Shown here piece by piece: positions 20,136 to 31,433 of a DNA stretch of 64,000 nucleotides. How positions within the stretch are numbered: position 1 is the stretch's first letter; every line of letters begins with the position of its first letter. The position numbers and the translations under genes were made by a program. The notes under the pieces are model-generated. The model did no database searches, was not told the DNA's origin, and worked only from the letters and a program-made list of their open reading frames with translations. Origin of the DNA: Escherichia coli (GTDB taxonomy: Bacteria > Pseudomonadota > Gammaproteobacteria > Enterobacterales > Enterobacteriaceae); assembly GCF_003334305.1 (NCBI RefSeq), contig NZ_QOWS01000002.1. One strand, written 5' to 3'.

Positions 20136-21635
20136 ATGACAGAGCCGCATGTAGCAGTATTAAGCCAGGTCCAACAGTTTCTCGATCGTCAACACGGTCT
20201 TTATATTGATGGTCGTCCTGGCCCCGCACAAAGTGAAAAACGGTTGGCGATCTTTGATCCGGCCACCGGGCAAGAAATTGCGTCTACTGCTGATGCCAAC
20301 GAAGCGGATGTAGATAACGCAGTCATGTCTGCCTGGCGGGCCTTTGTCTCGCGTCGCTGGGCCGGGCGATTACCCGCAGAGCGTGAACGTATTCTGCTAC
20401 GTTTTGCCGATCTGGTGGAACAGCACAGTGAGGAGCTGGCGCAACTGGAAACCCTGGAGCAAGGCAAGTCAATTGCCATTTCCCGTGCTTTTGAAGTGGG
20501 CTGTACGCTGAACTGGATGCGTTATACCGCCGGGTTAACGACCAAAATCGCGGGTAAAACGCTGGACTTGTCGATTCTCTTACCCCAGGGGGCGCGTTAT
20601 CAGGCCTGGACGCGTAAAGAGCCGGTTGGCGTAGTGGCGGGAATTGTGCCATGGAACTTTCCGTTGATGATTGGTATGTGGAAGGTGATGCCAGCACTGG
20701 CAGCAGGCTGTTCAATCGTGATTAAGCCTTCGGAAACCACGCCACTGACGATGTTGCGCGTGGCGGAACTGGCCAGCGAGGCTGGTATCCCTGATGGCGT
20801 TTTTAATGTCGTCACCGGGTCAGGTGCTGTATGCGGCGCGGCCCTGACGTCACATCCTCATGTTGCGAAAATCAGTTTTACCGGTTCAACCGCGACGGGA
20901 AAAGGTATTGCCAGAACTGCTGCTGATCACTTAACGCGTGTAACGCTGGAACTGGGCGGTAAAAACCCGGCAATTGTATTAAAAGATGCTGATCCGCAAT
21001 GGGTTATTGAAGGCTTGATGACCGGAAGCTTCCTGAATCAAGGGCAAGTATGCGCCGCCAGTTCGCGAATTTATATTGAAGCGCCGTTGTTTGACACGCT
21101 GGTTAGTGGATTTGAGCAGGCGGTAAAATCGTTGCAAGTGGGACCGGGGATGTCACCTGTTGCACAGATTAACCCTTTGGTTTCTCGTGCGCACTGCGAC
21201 AAAGTGTGTTCATTCCTCGACGATGCGCAGGCACAGCAAGCAGAGCTGATTCGCGGGTCGAATGGACCAGCCGGAGAGGGGTATTATGTTGCGCCAACGC
21301 TGGTGGTAAATCCCGATGCTAAATTGCGCTTAACTCGTGAAGAGGTGTTTGGTCCGGTGGTAAACCTGGTGCGAGTAGCGGATGGAGAAGAGGCGTTACA
21401 ACTGGCAAACGACACGGAATATGGCTTAACTGCCAGTGTCTGGACGCAAAATCTCTCCCAGGCTCTGGAATATAGCGATCGCTTACAGGCAGGGACGGTG
21501 TGGGTAAACAGCCATACCTTAATTGACGCTAACTTACCGTTTGGTGGGATGAAGCAGTCAGGAACGGGCCGTGATTTTGGCCCCGACTGGCTGGACGGTT
21601 GGTGTGAAACTAAGTCGGTGTGTGTACGGTATTAA
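20136..21635 (+). CDS. feaB: phenylacetaldehyde dehydrogenase
   Basis: ALDH motifs VPWNFP, ELGGKNP, catalytic Cys in [10 protein letters not shown]. Confidence 0.9.
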   Translation: MTEPHVAVLSQVQQFLDRQHGLYIDGRPGPAQSEKRLAIFDPATGQEIASTADANEADVDNAVMSAWRAFVSRRWAGRLPAERERILLRFADLVEQHSEELAQLETLEQGKSIAISRAFEVGCTLNWMRYTAGLTTKIAGKTLDLSILLPQGARYQAWTRKEPVGVVAGIVPWNFPLMIGMWKVMPALAAGCSIVIKPSETTPLTMLRVAELASEAGIPDGVFNVVTGSGAVCGAALTSHPHVAKISFTGSTATGKGIARTAADHLTRVTLELGGKNPAIVLKDADPQWVIEGLMTGSFLNQGQVCAASSRIYIEAPLFDTLVSGFEQAVKSLQVGPGMSPVAQINPLVSRAHCDKVCSFLDDAQAQQAELIRGSNGPAGEGYYVAPTLVVNPDAKLRLTREEVFGPVVNLVRVADGEEALQLANDTEYGLTASVWTQNLSQALEYSDRLQAGTVWVNSHTLIDANLPFGGMKQSGTGRDFGPDWLDGWCETKSVCVRY

Positions 21636-21653
21636 TCTGGTTCGCTCATAAGT

Positions 21654-21681
21654 AAAAAACGGCACCTGGTGCCGTTTTTTT
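21654..21681. terminator. bidirectional intrinsic terminator between feaB and tynA
   Basis: AAAAAA-CGGCA-cctgg-TGCCG-TTTTTTT. Confidence 0.6.
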
Positions 21682-21692
21682 GTCTGAAACAA

Positions 21693-23966
21693 TCACTTAT
21701 CTTTCTTCAGCGCCCCTAGCGTTGGCGTTTCGTCAAAGAAGTTCCATGGTTTAAGCAGAGTATGTACCCATTCGGTCGGCATAATCGGCCACTCTTCGGC
21801 GCGGGCCACATGTGTGGTGCCGGTGGTCATCCAGACAACGGCGTCGGTGTTGTCCAGCGACTCGTTATCTTTACTGTATTGTCCAAGACCGGTGTCATGA
21901 GTAGAACGGTTCGGATATTTGCCTTCCGGGAAACGCTCGCCAGGATGATAACGCGTTACCCAAAGCTGCTTGTCCATAAAGCTTAAACGATGATAGATCC
22001 ACTCGTCCGGCGCGAACTGGGCACCTTTTGCTACCGGGTGAGTACCACCTGCATAAGGAATAATTTGATAGGAAACTGGATTGCCCATGCGGTTCTCTTT
22101 GTTCGGGTTACTCAACAGACGAATCGTGCCCGGATCAAACTTCTGCGCGGCATCCTGTTCATTGCCGATGTTGTACTGATTAACTTGCATGGTACTGGTG
22201 CGTGGGCCACCGGCAGTATTCGGTTTTACCACTGGGTCCATCGCCACCAGGCTGTTATTCTCGCCATCTACATCCAGATCGAGGCGGAAATTATAAATAT
22301 GTTGGTGTGTAGTACCCACGATATTGTGATCGATAAGCGTGCCGTAGCGCGTGTCATCTTTCGCCGTCTCATCGTGCATGGTTTTCGCTTTAACACCTTT
22401 CACCGCTTCGATGCCCGTAGCACCGGCATCAATGCCAATAGTGCCGTTTTCATGGAAGATCCAGTCAAAAATGTAGTCATAGTTACCCACTGTACTGATC
22501 CAGCGCACCACTAACTCCCGGCGTTCGGTACTGACGTTGGGCTGGCCCATTTCCTGATGCTTATACTCCGGCCCGGCATAACGTTCAAATACCGCGATAG
22601 CGCGAGGGATCTCCATCGGCACGCCAGTGTAGTCGGCGATGGTTTCATTAAGGAGCACTGCGTTAGACGGGGCATCTTTACCACGAGCAATTGGTGAGGT
22701 TAGCGTGCCCATACCGTAGTCACCAGAGTCCAGATACGCTTTAAAGTACCAGCCAATATCAGGATCACCGTAAGGCACAATCATGCCGCCGAGAGAACCT
22801 TCGTACATGACTTTGCGTTTGGTGCCATTGTCGTTATAAGTCACGGTGGAGATCATCGGCCCGACGCGAGAGTTCATGCTGAGGTGAAAATCCCAGTTCC
22901 GCCAGTGAATCATATCGCCAGTAATGGTGTAATTTTTACCTTCAGGCTCAATGATTTGCATAGGCTTAACTGCCGGAGCAACGCGGTCACGGCTATCAAA
23001 TGGGCGTGCGGTCATTGGCACCGGAACTACCGGACCTTCTTCAATCTTAACGATTTTTTTCTGTTCTAAATCAACGACCGCCACCAGGTTTTCGATGGGA
23101 TGTGCCCAGTAGTTGCCATCACCGACATCAAGATAGCTGATGACTTTGAGCAACCGGGCATCTTGTTTCAGGCCATCTTTACCATCGAAATAACCTACGG
23201 TCAGCGGCGTGGTAATCACTTTTTTCGCATCAGTAATACCGCGTTTCTTCACGGCAGCGGCAAATTCTTCACTGTTGTTAATAATGTTCTGCACACTGGC
23301 GAAATCATCCAGCAACACCATACCGTGGGCGTCTTTAATGGGTTGCCAGGAGAGCAGTTTGTTGTTTTGCAGATCCACCACCGCTTCGATGATATGTTTG
23401 CCGTCGAGCATAATGACGTCGGCTTTGCGCGGCTGGTCAACCGGTTTGTTTTCCAGCGCAAACGCCCAGACAGCTTCTTTATCTGGCGGTAGCAGGGAGA
23501 TCTCAGTAAAACGGGTATTGGGTTTGAAGTCCGCGGAAGCTTTAACAATTTCAACGGCCTGTTTAATTTCGTCCGCAGTTAGCGCATTAAGTGGGTGAGG
23601 GCGCTTTTCTACCTGAAAGGTTTGATCCAGACCGGACTGGAAAACATCGTTAATAAAGGTGTCAGAAACCCAGGCCTTATTGTCTTTCATCACTACCGGC
23701 ACTTGCAGTGCCAGAGGTTGACCATTAACAATTGCTGTTTGCGCACCAGGCTTCACTTTCACGTACGCGCCATCTTTAATCAGGGTAAAGATCTGGGCGT
23801 AGTCGTCCCACTGCACATCGGCACCAAATTCTTTAAGCGTTTCATCCATTGGCACCATATGCGCTTCACCACCGTGGGCAAATACCGGCGCTTGCCAGGC
23901 GAAACTTAAGGCGACTGCCAACGCCAGGGTTGTTTTACGGGCAGAATACAGAGAGGGGCTTCCCAT
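21693..23966 (-). CDS. tynA: periplasmic copper/topaquinone amine oxidase
   Basis: Signal peptide; TPQ precursor motif NYDY (TVGNYDYIFDW); His ligands. Confidence 0.9.
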   Translation of the reverse strand: MGSPSLYSARKTTLALAVALSFAWQAPVFAHGGEAHMVPMDETLKEFGADVQWDDYAQIFTLIKDGAYVKVKPGAQTAIVNGQPLALQVPVVMKDNKAWVSDTFINDVFQSGLDQTFQVEKRPHPLNALTADEIKQAVEIVKASADFKPNTRFTEISLLPPDKEAVWAFALENKPVDQPRKADVIMLDGKHIIEAVVDLQNNKLLSWQPIKDAHGMVLLDDFASVQNIINNSEEFAAAVKKRGITDAKKVITTPLTVGYFDGKDGLKQDARLLKVISYLDVGDGNYWAHPIENLVAVVDLEQKKIVKIEEGPVVPVPMTARPFDSRDRVAPAVKPMQIIEPEGKNYTITGDMIHWRNWDFHLSMNSRVGPMISTVTYNDNGTKRKVMYEGSLGGMIVPYGDPDIGWYFKAYLDSGDYGMGTLTSPIARGKDAPSNAVLLNETIADYTGVPMEIPRAIAVFERYAGPEYKHQEMGQPNVSTERRELVVRWISTVGNYDYIFDWIFHENGTIGIDAGATGIEAVKGVKAKTMHDETAKDDTRYGTLIDHNIVGTTHQHIYNFRLDLDVDGENNSLVAMDPVVKPNTAGGPRTSTMQVNQYNIGNEQDAAQKFDPGTIRLLSNPNKENRMGNPVSYQIIPYAGGTHPVAKGAQFAPDEWIYHRLSFMDKQLWVTRYHPGERFPEGKYPNRSTHDTGLGQYSKDNESLDNTDAVVWMTTGTTHVARAEEWPIMPTEWVHTLLKPWNFFDETPTLGALKKDK

Positions 23967-24213
23967 TATTAACCTCGTCAGATGTTGTGTTCTTGTTAGC
24001 AACCGCGCTCTGTGGGCGGTTTAGTCAGGTTCACATTATCAGTACTGATGCAAAGGGGATTGCCTGCACCTGCCAGGTTGTTTGGCAGGTGTGCCAGCTT
24101 TTCATACAGTGGGTGCCCTGAAAATAGATGTACACATCATGCATAATGTGACAACGTCACAAAACTTAGTGAAATAAAAGGGCAACTATTGGCCGTTGCC
24201 CTTCATTCACCGA

Positions 24214-25857
24214 TTAATCGACAAAATCACCGTGCTGCCTGGCCACCAGCGTCAGAATTGAATACAGCGCCACCGGGGTTTGATGCTGATTGAATACCTC
24301 TACCGCCCATTCCACCACACCTGTTGGTTTTTCTTCTGCGCTACGCTGTTTTTTCAGCGTCTTGCGCTTACAGGTGAGACGCACCTGGATGGTATCGCCT
24401 GGCTTTACGGGTTCGATAAAGCGCAAGTTTTCCAGCCCATAATTAGCAATGACCGGACCGACACCGGCATCGACAAACAGACCCGCAGCCGCAGAAAGCA
24501 CAAAATACCCATGCACCACACGCTCACCGAAAATAGATTCGGCAGCAGCAATCTTATCCATATGCGCATAGAAATGATCGCCGCTGAGGCAAGCAAAGTT
24601 AACAATATCGGCCTCTGTCATTGTGCGGCGGGGAGTCAGCAGGCTGTCGCCTGGTTGTAGCTCCTCAAAATATTTGCGGAACGGATGAATACGATCTTCT
24701 TCGACTTTCGCACCACGCACCCACTGTTTACTGATAGCTGCAAGCATCGTCGGACTACCCTGAACAGCGGTTCGCTGCATGTAATGTTTCACCGCTCGTA
24801 AACCACCTAATTCTTCACCGCCTCCTGCGCGACCAGGCCCACCATGTAACAGTTGTGGCAGTGGGGAGCCATGCCCGGTGGATTCTTTTGCCGATTCCTC
24901 ATTGAGGATCTGAATTCGCCCATGCGTACGTGCCGCGTCGGTAATAAACTGACGCGCAATTTGCGGATCAGCCGTCACCAGCGTTCCCGCAAGGCTACCG
25001 CCGCCTGCACAAGCCAGTTGCAGAGCATGTCGCTGGTTTTGTGCTGGCATCAGCGTTGCGACAGGGCCAAAGGCTTCTGTTGCATGTACCGCCGGTGTTT
25101 CATCCGGCTGCGGACAGTACAATAAGGTTGGCGGGAAGAAGGCACCCGCAGCAGATAAATCCGCCTGACCACCGAGGCGAATCTCGCATCCTGCAGCCAG
25201 CAATATGTTCACTTTTTCCTGCACATCGGCACGCTGCTCAGCATTTACCAGTGCGCCCATTTTCACGCCTTCCTGAGCAGGATCACCGACCACGACTTTC
25301 TGTAATCGCGCAACCAGAGCATCACTGACAGCATTAACCAATGCCTGCGGCACAATAATCCGCCGGATTGCCGTACATTTTTGCCCGGCTTTTGTGGTCA
25401 TCTCACGCACAACTTCACGAATAAACAGCGCAAACTCCGGTTGATCCGGGGTGACATCTTCGCCCAGTACGCAGCAGTTCAGGGAATCAGCTTCCATAGT
25501 GAAGGGGATAGATTTGGCGACGATATTTGGCTGAACTCGCAGCATCTGTCCGGTCGCCGCTGACCCCGTGAAAGTCACCACATCCTGGCTGTCCAGATGA
25601 TCCAAAAGGTCGCCCGCACTACCGCAGATCAGACTAATTGCGCCTTCGGGAACAAGACCACTATCGACAATTGATTTCACCATCGCCTGAGTCAGTTGGG
25701 CCGTCGCGGTAGCTGGTTTGATGATGGCTGGCATTCCGCCCAGCCACGTTGGTGCCAGCTTTTCCAGCATTCCCCAGCAGGGGAAGTTAAAGGCGTTAAT
25801 ATGCACTGCCACGCCTGACTTTGAGGTCAGTACATGGCGCGCGGCAAATCCACCTTC
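24214..25857 (-). pseudogene. paaZ: paaZ remnant lacking about 135 N-terminal codons
   Basis: Minus-strand reading frame begins inside ALDH domain ([28 protein letters not shown]...); the VHINAFNFP element normally sits about 150 residues into ALDH proteins; C-terminal MaoC hydratase domain intact; no start codon or promoter upstream because the frame runs straight into paaE sequence. Confidence 0.8.
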
Positions 25858-25858
25858 T

Positions 25859-26809
25859 CATTTGACCTTAAAAGCCAGTCTTGATGGTGAAGAATTACGC
25901 CGTTGTTACTCCATTTGCCGCAGCTACCTGCCTGGCGAAATTAGTGTGGCGGTGAAAGCCATTGAAGGCGGACGTTTCTCCCGCTATGCCCGCGAACACA
26001 TCCGCCAGGGTATGACGCTGGAGGTCATGGTGCCGCAGGGGCATTTCGGCTATCAGCCACAGGCCGAACGCCAGGGCCGCTATCTGGCTATTGCAGCAGG
26101 ATCAGGTATTACGCCAATGCTGGCGATTATCGCCACCACTTTACAAACCGAGCCTGAAAGTCAGTTCACCCTGATCTACGGTAACCGTACCAGCCAGAGC
26201 ATGATGTTTCGCCAGGCACTGGCAGACCTGAAAGACAAATATCCTCAGCGTTTACAGTTGTTGTGCATTTTCAGTCAGGAAACCCTCGACAGCGATCTGC
26301 TTCACGGGCGTATTGACGGTGAAAAATTACAGTCACTTGGGGCCTCGCTCATTAATTTTCGTCTTTATGATGAGGCATTTATTTGTGGTCCGGCGGCGAT
26401 GATGGATGAGACGGAAGCCGCCTTAAAAGCACTGGGAATGCCAGATAAAACCATTCATCTGGAGCGGTTTAATACGCCTGGCACGCGCGTCAAACGTAGC
26501 GTTAACGTGCAAAGTGACGGACAAAAAGTGACTGTACGTCAGGATGGGCGGGATCGGGAAATCGTGCTTAATGCCGACGATGAAAGCATTCTCGATGCGG
26601 CATTGCGCCAGGGGGCTGATCTGCCCTATGCCTGCAAAGGCGGCGTCTGTGCGACCTGCAAATGCAAAGTGCTGCGTGGCAAAGTGGCGATGGAAACCAA
26701 TTACAGTCTGGAACCGGATGAACTGGCCGCAGGTTATGTGTTGAGTTGCCAGGCACTGCCGCTGACCAGCGATGTGGTGGTTGACTTTGACGCGAAGGGG
26801 ATGGCATGA
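25859..26809 (+). pseudogene. paaE: paaE remnant lacking about 40 N-terminal codons
   Basis: PaaE homology begins at HLTLKASLDGEELRRCYSICRS; upstream in-frame codons ([12 protein letters not shown]...) are antisense paaZ sequence; C-terminal 2Fe-2S ferredoxin CxxxxCxxC...C retained. Confidence 0.75.
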
Positions 26810-27573
26810 GCGAACTGATCGTCAGCCGTCAGCAACAAGTATTGTTGCTGACCCTTAACCGTCCCGCCGCACGTAATGCGCTAAATAATGCCCTTCTGAC
26901 GCAACTGGTAAATGAACTGGAAGCTGCGGCTACCGATAGCAGCATTTCGGTCTGTGTGATTACCGGTAATGCACGCTTTTTTGCCGCTGGGGCCGATCTC
27001 AACGAAATGGCAGAAAAAGATCTCGCGGCCACCTTAAACGATACACGTCCGCAGCTATGGGCGCGATTGCAGGCCTTTAATAAACCACTTATCGCAGCCG
27101 TCAATGGTTACGCGCTTGGGGCGGGTTGCGAACTGGCATTGTTGTGCGATGTGGTGGTTGCCGGAGAGAACGCGCGTTTTGGGTTGCCGGAAATCACTCT
27201 CGGCATCATGCCAGGCGCAGGAGGAACGCAACGTTTAATCCGTAGTGTCGGTAAATCGTTAGCCAGCAAAATGGTGCTGAGCGGAGAAAGTATCACCGCT
27301 CAGCAAGCACAGCAGGCCGGGCTGGTTAGCGACGTCTTCCCCAGCGATTTAACCCTCGAATACGCCTTACAGCTGGCATCGAAAATGGCACGTCACTCGC
27401 CGCTGGCCTTACAAGCGGCAAAGCAAGCGCTGCGCCAGTCGCAGGAAGTGGCTTTGCAAGCCGGACTTGCCCAGGAGCGACAGTTATTCACCTTGCTGGC
27501 GGCAACAGAAGATCGTCATGAAGGCATCTCCGCTTTCTTACAAAAACGCACGCCCGACTTTAAAGGACGCTAA
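26806..27573 (+). CDS. paaF: 2,3-dehydroadipyl-CoA hydratase (crotonase family)
   Basis: 255 aa enoyl-CoA hydratase fold; gene order. Confidence 0.9.
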   Translation: MSELIVSRQQQVLLLTLNRPAARNALNNALLTQLVNELEAAATDSSISVCVITGNARFFAAGADLNEMAEKDLAATLNDTRPQLWARLQAFNKPLIAAVNGYALGAGCELALLCDVVVAGENARFGLPEITLGIMPGAGGTQRLIRSVGKSLASKMVLSGESITAQQAQQAGLVSDVFPSDLTLEYALQLASKMARHSPLALQAAKQALRQSQEVALQAGLAQERQLFTLLAATEDRHEGISAFLQKRTPDFKGR

Positions 27574-28361
27574 TGATGGAATTCATCCTCAGTCATGTAG
27601 AAAAGGGCGTGATGACACTAACGCTCAACCGCCCGGAACGCCTGAACAGTTTTAATGATGAGATGCACGCACAACTGGCAGAGTGCCTGAAACAGGTCGA
27701 GCGCGACGACACTATCCGTTGCCTGTTACTTACAGGTGCCGGGCGCGGATTTTGTGCTGGTCAGGATCTTAACGATCGTAACGTTGATCCCACAGGCCCC
27801 GCACCGGATTTAGGGATGTCAGTTGAACGTTTCTATAACCCACTGGTACGTCGCCTGGCAAAACTGCCAAAACCGGTGATCTGTGCAGTCAATGGCGTGG
27901 CGGCAGGGGCAGGCGCAACACTGGCACTGGGGTGCGACATCGTTATTGCTGCCCGTTCAGCAAAATTCGTCATGGCGTTTAGTAAGTTAGGCTTAATACC
28001 CGATTGCGGTGGAACCTGGTTACTGCCACGCGTTGCTGGGCGAGCGCGCGCCATGGGGCTGGCACTGCTGGGGAATCAACTGAGTGCTGAACAGGCGCAC
28101 GAATGGGGGATGATCTGGCAGGTTGTTGATGATGAAACGCTGGCAGATACCGCGCAACAGCTGGCACGGCATCTGGCGACACAACCGACATTTGGTCTTG
28201 GACTTATCAAGCAAGCGATAAATAGCGCTGAAACCAATACGCTCGATACGCAACTGGATCTGGAACGTGACTATCAGCGACTTGCCGGACGGAGCGCAGA
28301 TTATCGTGAAGGTGTCAGTGCGTTCCTGGCTAAACGCTCACCGCAGTTCACGGGGAAATAG
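27573..28361 (+). CDS. paaG: 1,2-epoxyphenylacetyl-CoA isomerase (crotonase family)
   Basis: 262 aa; start overlaps paaF stop (TAATG). Confidence 0.9.
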   Translation: MMEFILSHVEKGVMTLTLNRPERLNSFNDEMHAQLAECLKQVERDDTIRCLLLTGAGRGFCAGQDLNDRNVDPTGPAPDLGMSVERFYNPLVRRLAKLPKPVICAVNGVAAGAGATLALGCDIVIAARSAKFVMAFSKLGLIPDCGGTWLLPRVAGRARAMGLALLGNQLSAEQAHEWGMIWQVVDDETLADTAQQLARHLATQPTFGLGLIKQAINSAETNTLDTQLDLERDYQRLAGRSADYREGVSAFLAKRSPQFTGK

Positions 28362-28362
28362 C

Positions 28363-29790
28363 ATGATGATAAATGTGCAAACTGTGGCAGTGATTGGGAG
28401 CGGCACCATGGGGGCAGGCATTGCTGAAGTTGCCGCCAGTCATGGACATCAGGTTTTACTGTATGACATTTCTGCTGAAGCGCTGACCCGCGCAATCGAC
28501 GGGATACACGCGCGGCTAAATTCACGCGTGACGCGGGGAAAACTGACCGCTGAAACCTGTGAACGCACATTGAAACGCCTGATCCCGGTGACCGATATTC
28601 ACGCGCTGGCAGCAGCGAATCTGGTTATTGAAGCGGCGTCTGAACGTCTGGAAGTTAAAAAAGCGCTCTTTGCACAACTGGCGGAAGTTTGCCCGCCACA
28701 AACGCTATTGACCACTAACACTTCGTCAATCTCTATAACCGCGATTGCTGCGGAGGTAAAAAATCCTGAACGTGTTGCGGGGCTGCATTTTTTTAACCCG
28801 GCACCGGTGATGAAGTTGGTGGAGGTGGTCAGTGGGCTGGCAACGGCAGCGGAAGTTGTCGAGCAGTTGTGTGAACTGACATTGAGTTGGGGTAAGCAGC
28901 CAGTGCGCTGTCATTCGACCCCCGGATTTATCGTTAACCGTGTTGCGCGTCCTTATTATTCCGAGGCCTGGCGGGCACTGGAAGAGCAGGTTGCTGCACC
29001 AGAAGTGATTGACGCTGCACTTCGCGATGGCGCTGGTTTCCCGATGGGGCCGCTGGAATTAACCGATCTGATTGGTCAGGACGTCAATTTTGCTGTCACC
29101 TGTTCGGTGTTTAACGCTTTCTGGCAGGAGCGTCGTTTTTTACCTTCGCTGGTGCAACAGGAACTGGTGATTGGTGGACGGTTGGGCAAGAAAAGTGGGC
29201 TGGGCGTGTACGACTGGCGCGCGGAACGTGAGGCAGTTGTTGGCCTGGAAGCGGTAAGCGACAGTTTTAGCCCAATGAAAGTAGAAAAGAAAAGTGACGG
29301 TGTCACGGAAATTGACGATGTTTTATTGATTGAGACACAAGGCGAGACGGCACAGGCGCTGGCAACACGACTGGCGCGCCCGGTGGTAGTTATCGACAAA
29401 ATGGCGGGCAAGGTGGTGACCATTGCTGCGGCAGCGGTGAACCCGGACTCAGCGACCCACAAGGCCATTTATTACCTGCAACAGCAGGGCAAAACAGTGC
29501 TGCAAATTGCAGATTACCCAGGAATGCTGATTTGGCGAACGGTAGCAATGATCATCAATGAAGCCCTTGATGCGCTGCAAAAAGGCGTGGCCTCTGAACA
29601 GGATATCGATACCGCCATGCGTCTTGGGGTGAATTATCCATATGGCCCGCTTGCCTGGGGAGCGCAACTTGGCTGGCAGCGAATATTAAGGCTCCTGGAA
29701 AATCTACAACATCACTATGGCGAAGAACGCTATCGCCCATGTTCATTGCTGCGCCAACGGGCGCTTCTGGAGAGCGGTTATGAGTCATAA
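28363..29790 (+). CDS. paaH: 3-hydroxyadipyl-CoA dehydrogenase
   Basis: Rossmann motif VAVIGSGTMGAGIA; start MMINVQ just after paaG stop. Confidence 0.9.
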   Translation: MMINVQTVAVIGSGTMGAGIAEVAASHGHQVLLYDISAEALTRAIDGIHARLNSRVTRGKLTAETCERTLKRLIPVTDIHALAAANLVIEAASERLEVKKALFAQLAEVCPPQTLLTTNTSSISITAIAAEVKNPERVAGLHFFNPAPVMKLVEVVSGLATAAEVVEQLCELTLSWGKQPVRCHSTPGFIVNRVARPYYSEAWRALEEQVAAPEVIDAALRDGAGFPMGPLELTDLIGQDVNFAVTCSVFNAFWQERRFLPSLVQQELVIGGRLGKKSGLGVYDWRAEREAVVGLEAVSDSFSPMKVEKKSDGVTEIDDVLLIETQGETAQALATRLARPVVVIDKMAGKVVTIAAAAVNPDSATHKAIYYLQQQGKTVLQIADYPGMLIWRTVAMIINEALDALQKGVASEQDIDTAMRLGVNYPYGPLAWGAQLGWQRILRLLENLQHHYGEERYRPCSLLRQRALLESGYES

Positions 29791-30202
29791 GGCCTGGCAA
29801 AATGCCCATGCAATGTATGAGAACGATGCCTGCGCGAAAGCGCTTGGCATCGACATTATCTCAATGGATGAAGGCTTTGCTGTAGTGACCATGACCGTCA
29901 CTGTACAAATGCTTAATGGTCATCAAAGTTGCCACGGCGGGCAGCTATTTTCACTGGCTGATACTGCCTTTGCCTACGCCTGCAATAGCCAGGGGTTGGC
30001 AGCTGTCGCTTCTGCCTGCACGATTGATTTTTTACGTCCAGGCTTTGCCGGAGACACCTTAACTGCGACTGCGCAGGTTCGTCATCAGGGCAAGCAAACC
30101 GGTGTTTACGACATCGAAATTGTTAACCAACAACAAAAAACGGTTGCGCTGTTTCGCGGTAAATCTCACCGCATCGGCGGCACCATTATAGGAGAAGCCT
30201 GA
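29780..30202 (+). CDS. paaI: hotdog-fold acyl-CoA thioesterase
   Basis: 140 aa from MSHKAWQNAHAMYEND; overlaps paaH 3' end. Confidence 0.85.
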   Translation: MSHKAWQNAHAMYENDACAKALGIDIISMDEGFAVVTMTVTVQMLNGHQSCHGGQLFSLADTAFAYACNSQGLAAVASACTIDFLRPGFAGDTLTATAQVRHQGKQTGVYDIEIVNQQQKTVALFRGKSHRIGGTIIGEA

Positions 30203-31407
30203 TGCGTGAAGCCTTTATTTGTGACGGAATTCGTACGCCAATTGGTCGCTACGGCGGGGCATTATCAGGTGTTCGGGCTGATGATCTGGCTGCTATCCCT
30301 TTGCGGGAACTGCTGGTGCGAAACCCGCGTCTCGATGCGGAGTGTATCGATGATGTGATCCTCGGCTGTGCTAATCAGGCGGGAGAAGATAACCGTAACG
30401 TAGCCCGGATGGCGACTTTACTGGCGGGGCTGCCGCAGAGTGTTTCCGGCACAACCATTAACCGCTTGTGTGGTTCCGGGCTGGACGCACTGGGGTTCGC
30501 CGCACGGGCGATTAAAGCGGGCGATGGCGATTTGCTGATCGCTGGTGGCGTGGAGTCAATGTCTCGGGCACCGTTTGTTATGGGCAAGGCAACCAGTGCA
30601 TTTTCTCGTCAGGCTGAGATGTTTGATACCACTATTGGCTGGCGATTTGTGAACCCGCTCATGGCTCAACAATTTGGAACTGACAGCATGCCGGAAACGG
30701 CAGAGAATGTAGCTGAACTGTTAAAAATCTCGCGAGAAGATCAAGATAGTTTTGCGCTACGCAGTCAGCAACGTACGGCAAAAGCGCAATCCTCAGGCAT
30801 TCTGGCTGAGGAGATTGTTCCGGTTGTGTTGAAAAACAAGAAAGGCGTTGTAACAGAAATACAACATGATGAGCATCTGCGCCCGGAAACGACGCTGGAA
30901 CAGTTACGTGGGTTAAAAGCACCGTTTCGTGCCAATGGGGTGATTACCGCAGGCAATGCCTCCGGGGTGAATGACGGAGCCGCTGCGTTGATTATTGCCA
31001 GTGAACAGATGGCAGCAGCGCAAGGACTGACGCCGCGGGCGCGTATCGTAGCCATGGCAACCGCCGGGGTGGAACCGCGTCTGATGGGGCTTGGTCCGGT
31101 GCCTGCAACTCGCCGGGTGCTGGAACGCGCGGGGCTGAGTATTCACGATATGGACGTGATTGAATTGAACGAAGCGTTCGCGGCCCAGGCGTTGGGTGTA
31201 CTACGCGAATTGGGGCTGCCTGATGATGCCCCACATGTTAACCCCAACGGAGGCGCTATCGCCTTAGGCCATCCGTTGGGAATGAGTGGTGCCCGCCTGG
31301 CACTGGCTGCCAGCCATGAGCTGCATCGGCGTAACGGTCGTTACGCATTATGCACCATGTGCATCGGTGTCGGTCAGGGCATCGCCATGATTCTGGAGCG
31401 TGTTTGA
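30202..31407 (+). CDS. paaJ: 3-oxoadipyl-CoA thiolase
   Basis: Thiolase motifs ([17 protein letters not shown]). Confidence 0.9.
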   Translation: MREAFICDGIRTPIGRYGGALSGVRADDLAAIPLRELLVRNPRLDAECIDDVILGCANQAGEDNRNVARMATLLAGLPQSVSGTTINRLCGSGLDALGFAARAIKAGDGDLLIAGGVESMSRAPFVMGKATSAFSRQAEMFDTTIGWRFVNPLMAQQFGTDSMPETAENVAELLKISREDQDSFALRSQQRTAKAQSSGILAEEIVPVVLKNKKGVVTEIQHDEHLRPETTLEQLRGLKAPFRANGVITAGNASGVNDGAAALIIASEQMAAAQGLTPRARIVAMATAGVEPRLMGLGPVPATRRVLERAGLSIHDMDVIELNEAFAAQALGVLRELGLPDDAPHVNPNGGAIALGHPLGMSGARLALAASHELHRRNGRYALCTMCIGVGQGIAMILERV

Positions 31408-31433
31408 GCATATCAACCTGCGAGTACCCTACA

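Noticed and set aside
25718-25858. N-terminal 47 codons ([12 protein letters not shown]...) of the 363-aa plus-strand ORF, which make paaE look full length
   Set aside because: These codons are the antisense strand of paaZ read in frame; PaaE homology starts only at HLTLKAS. The ATG is fortuitous and has no RBS or promoter context.
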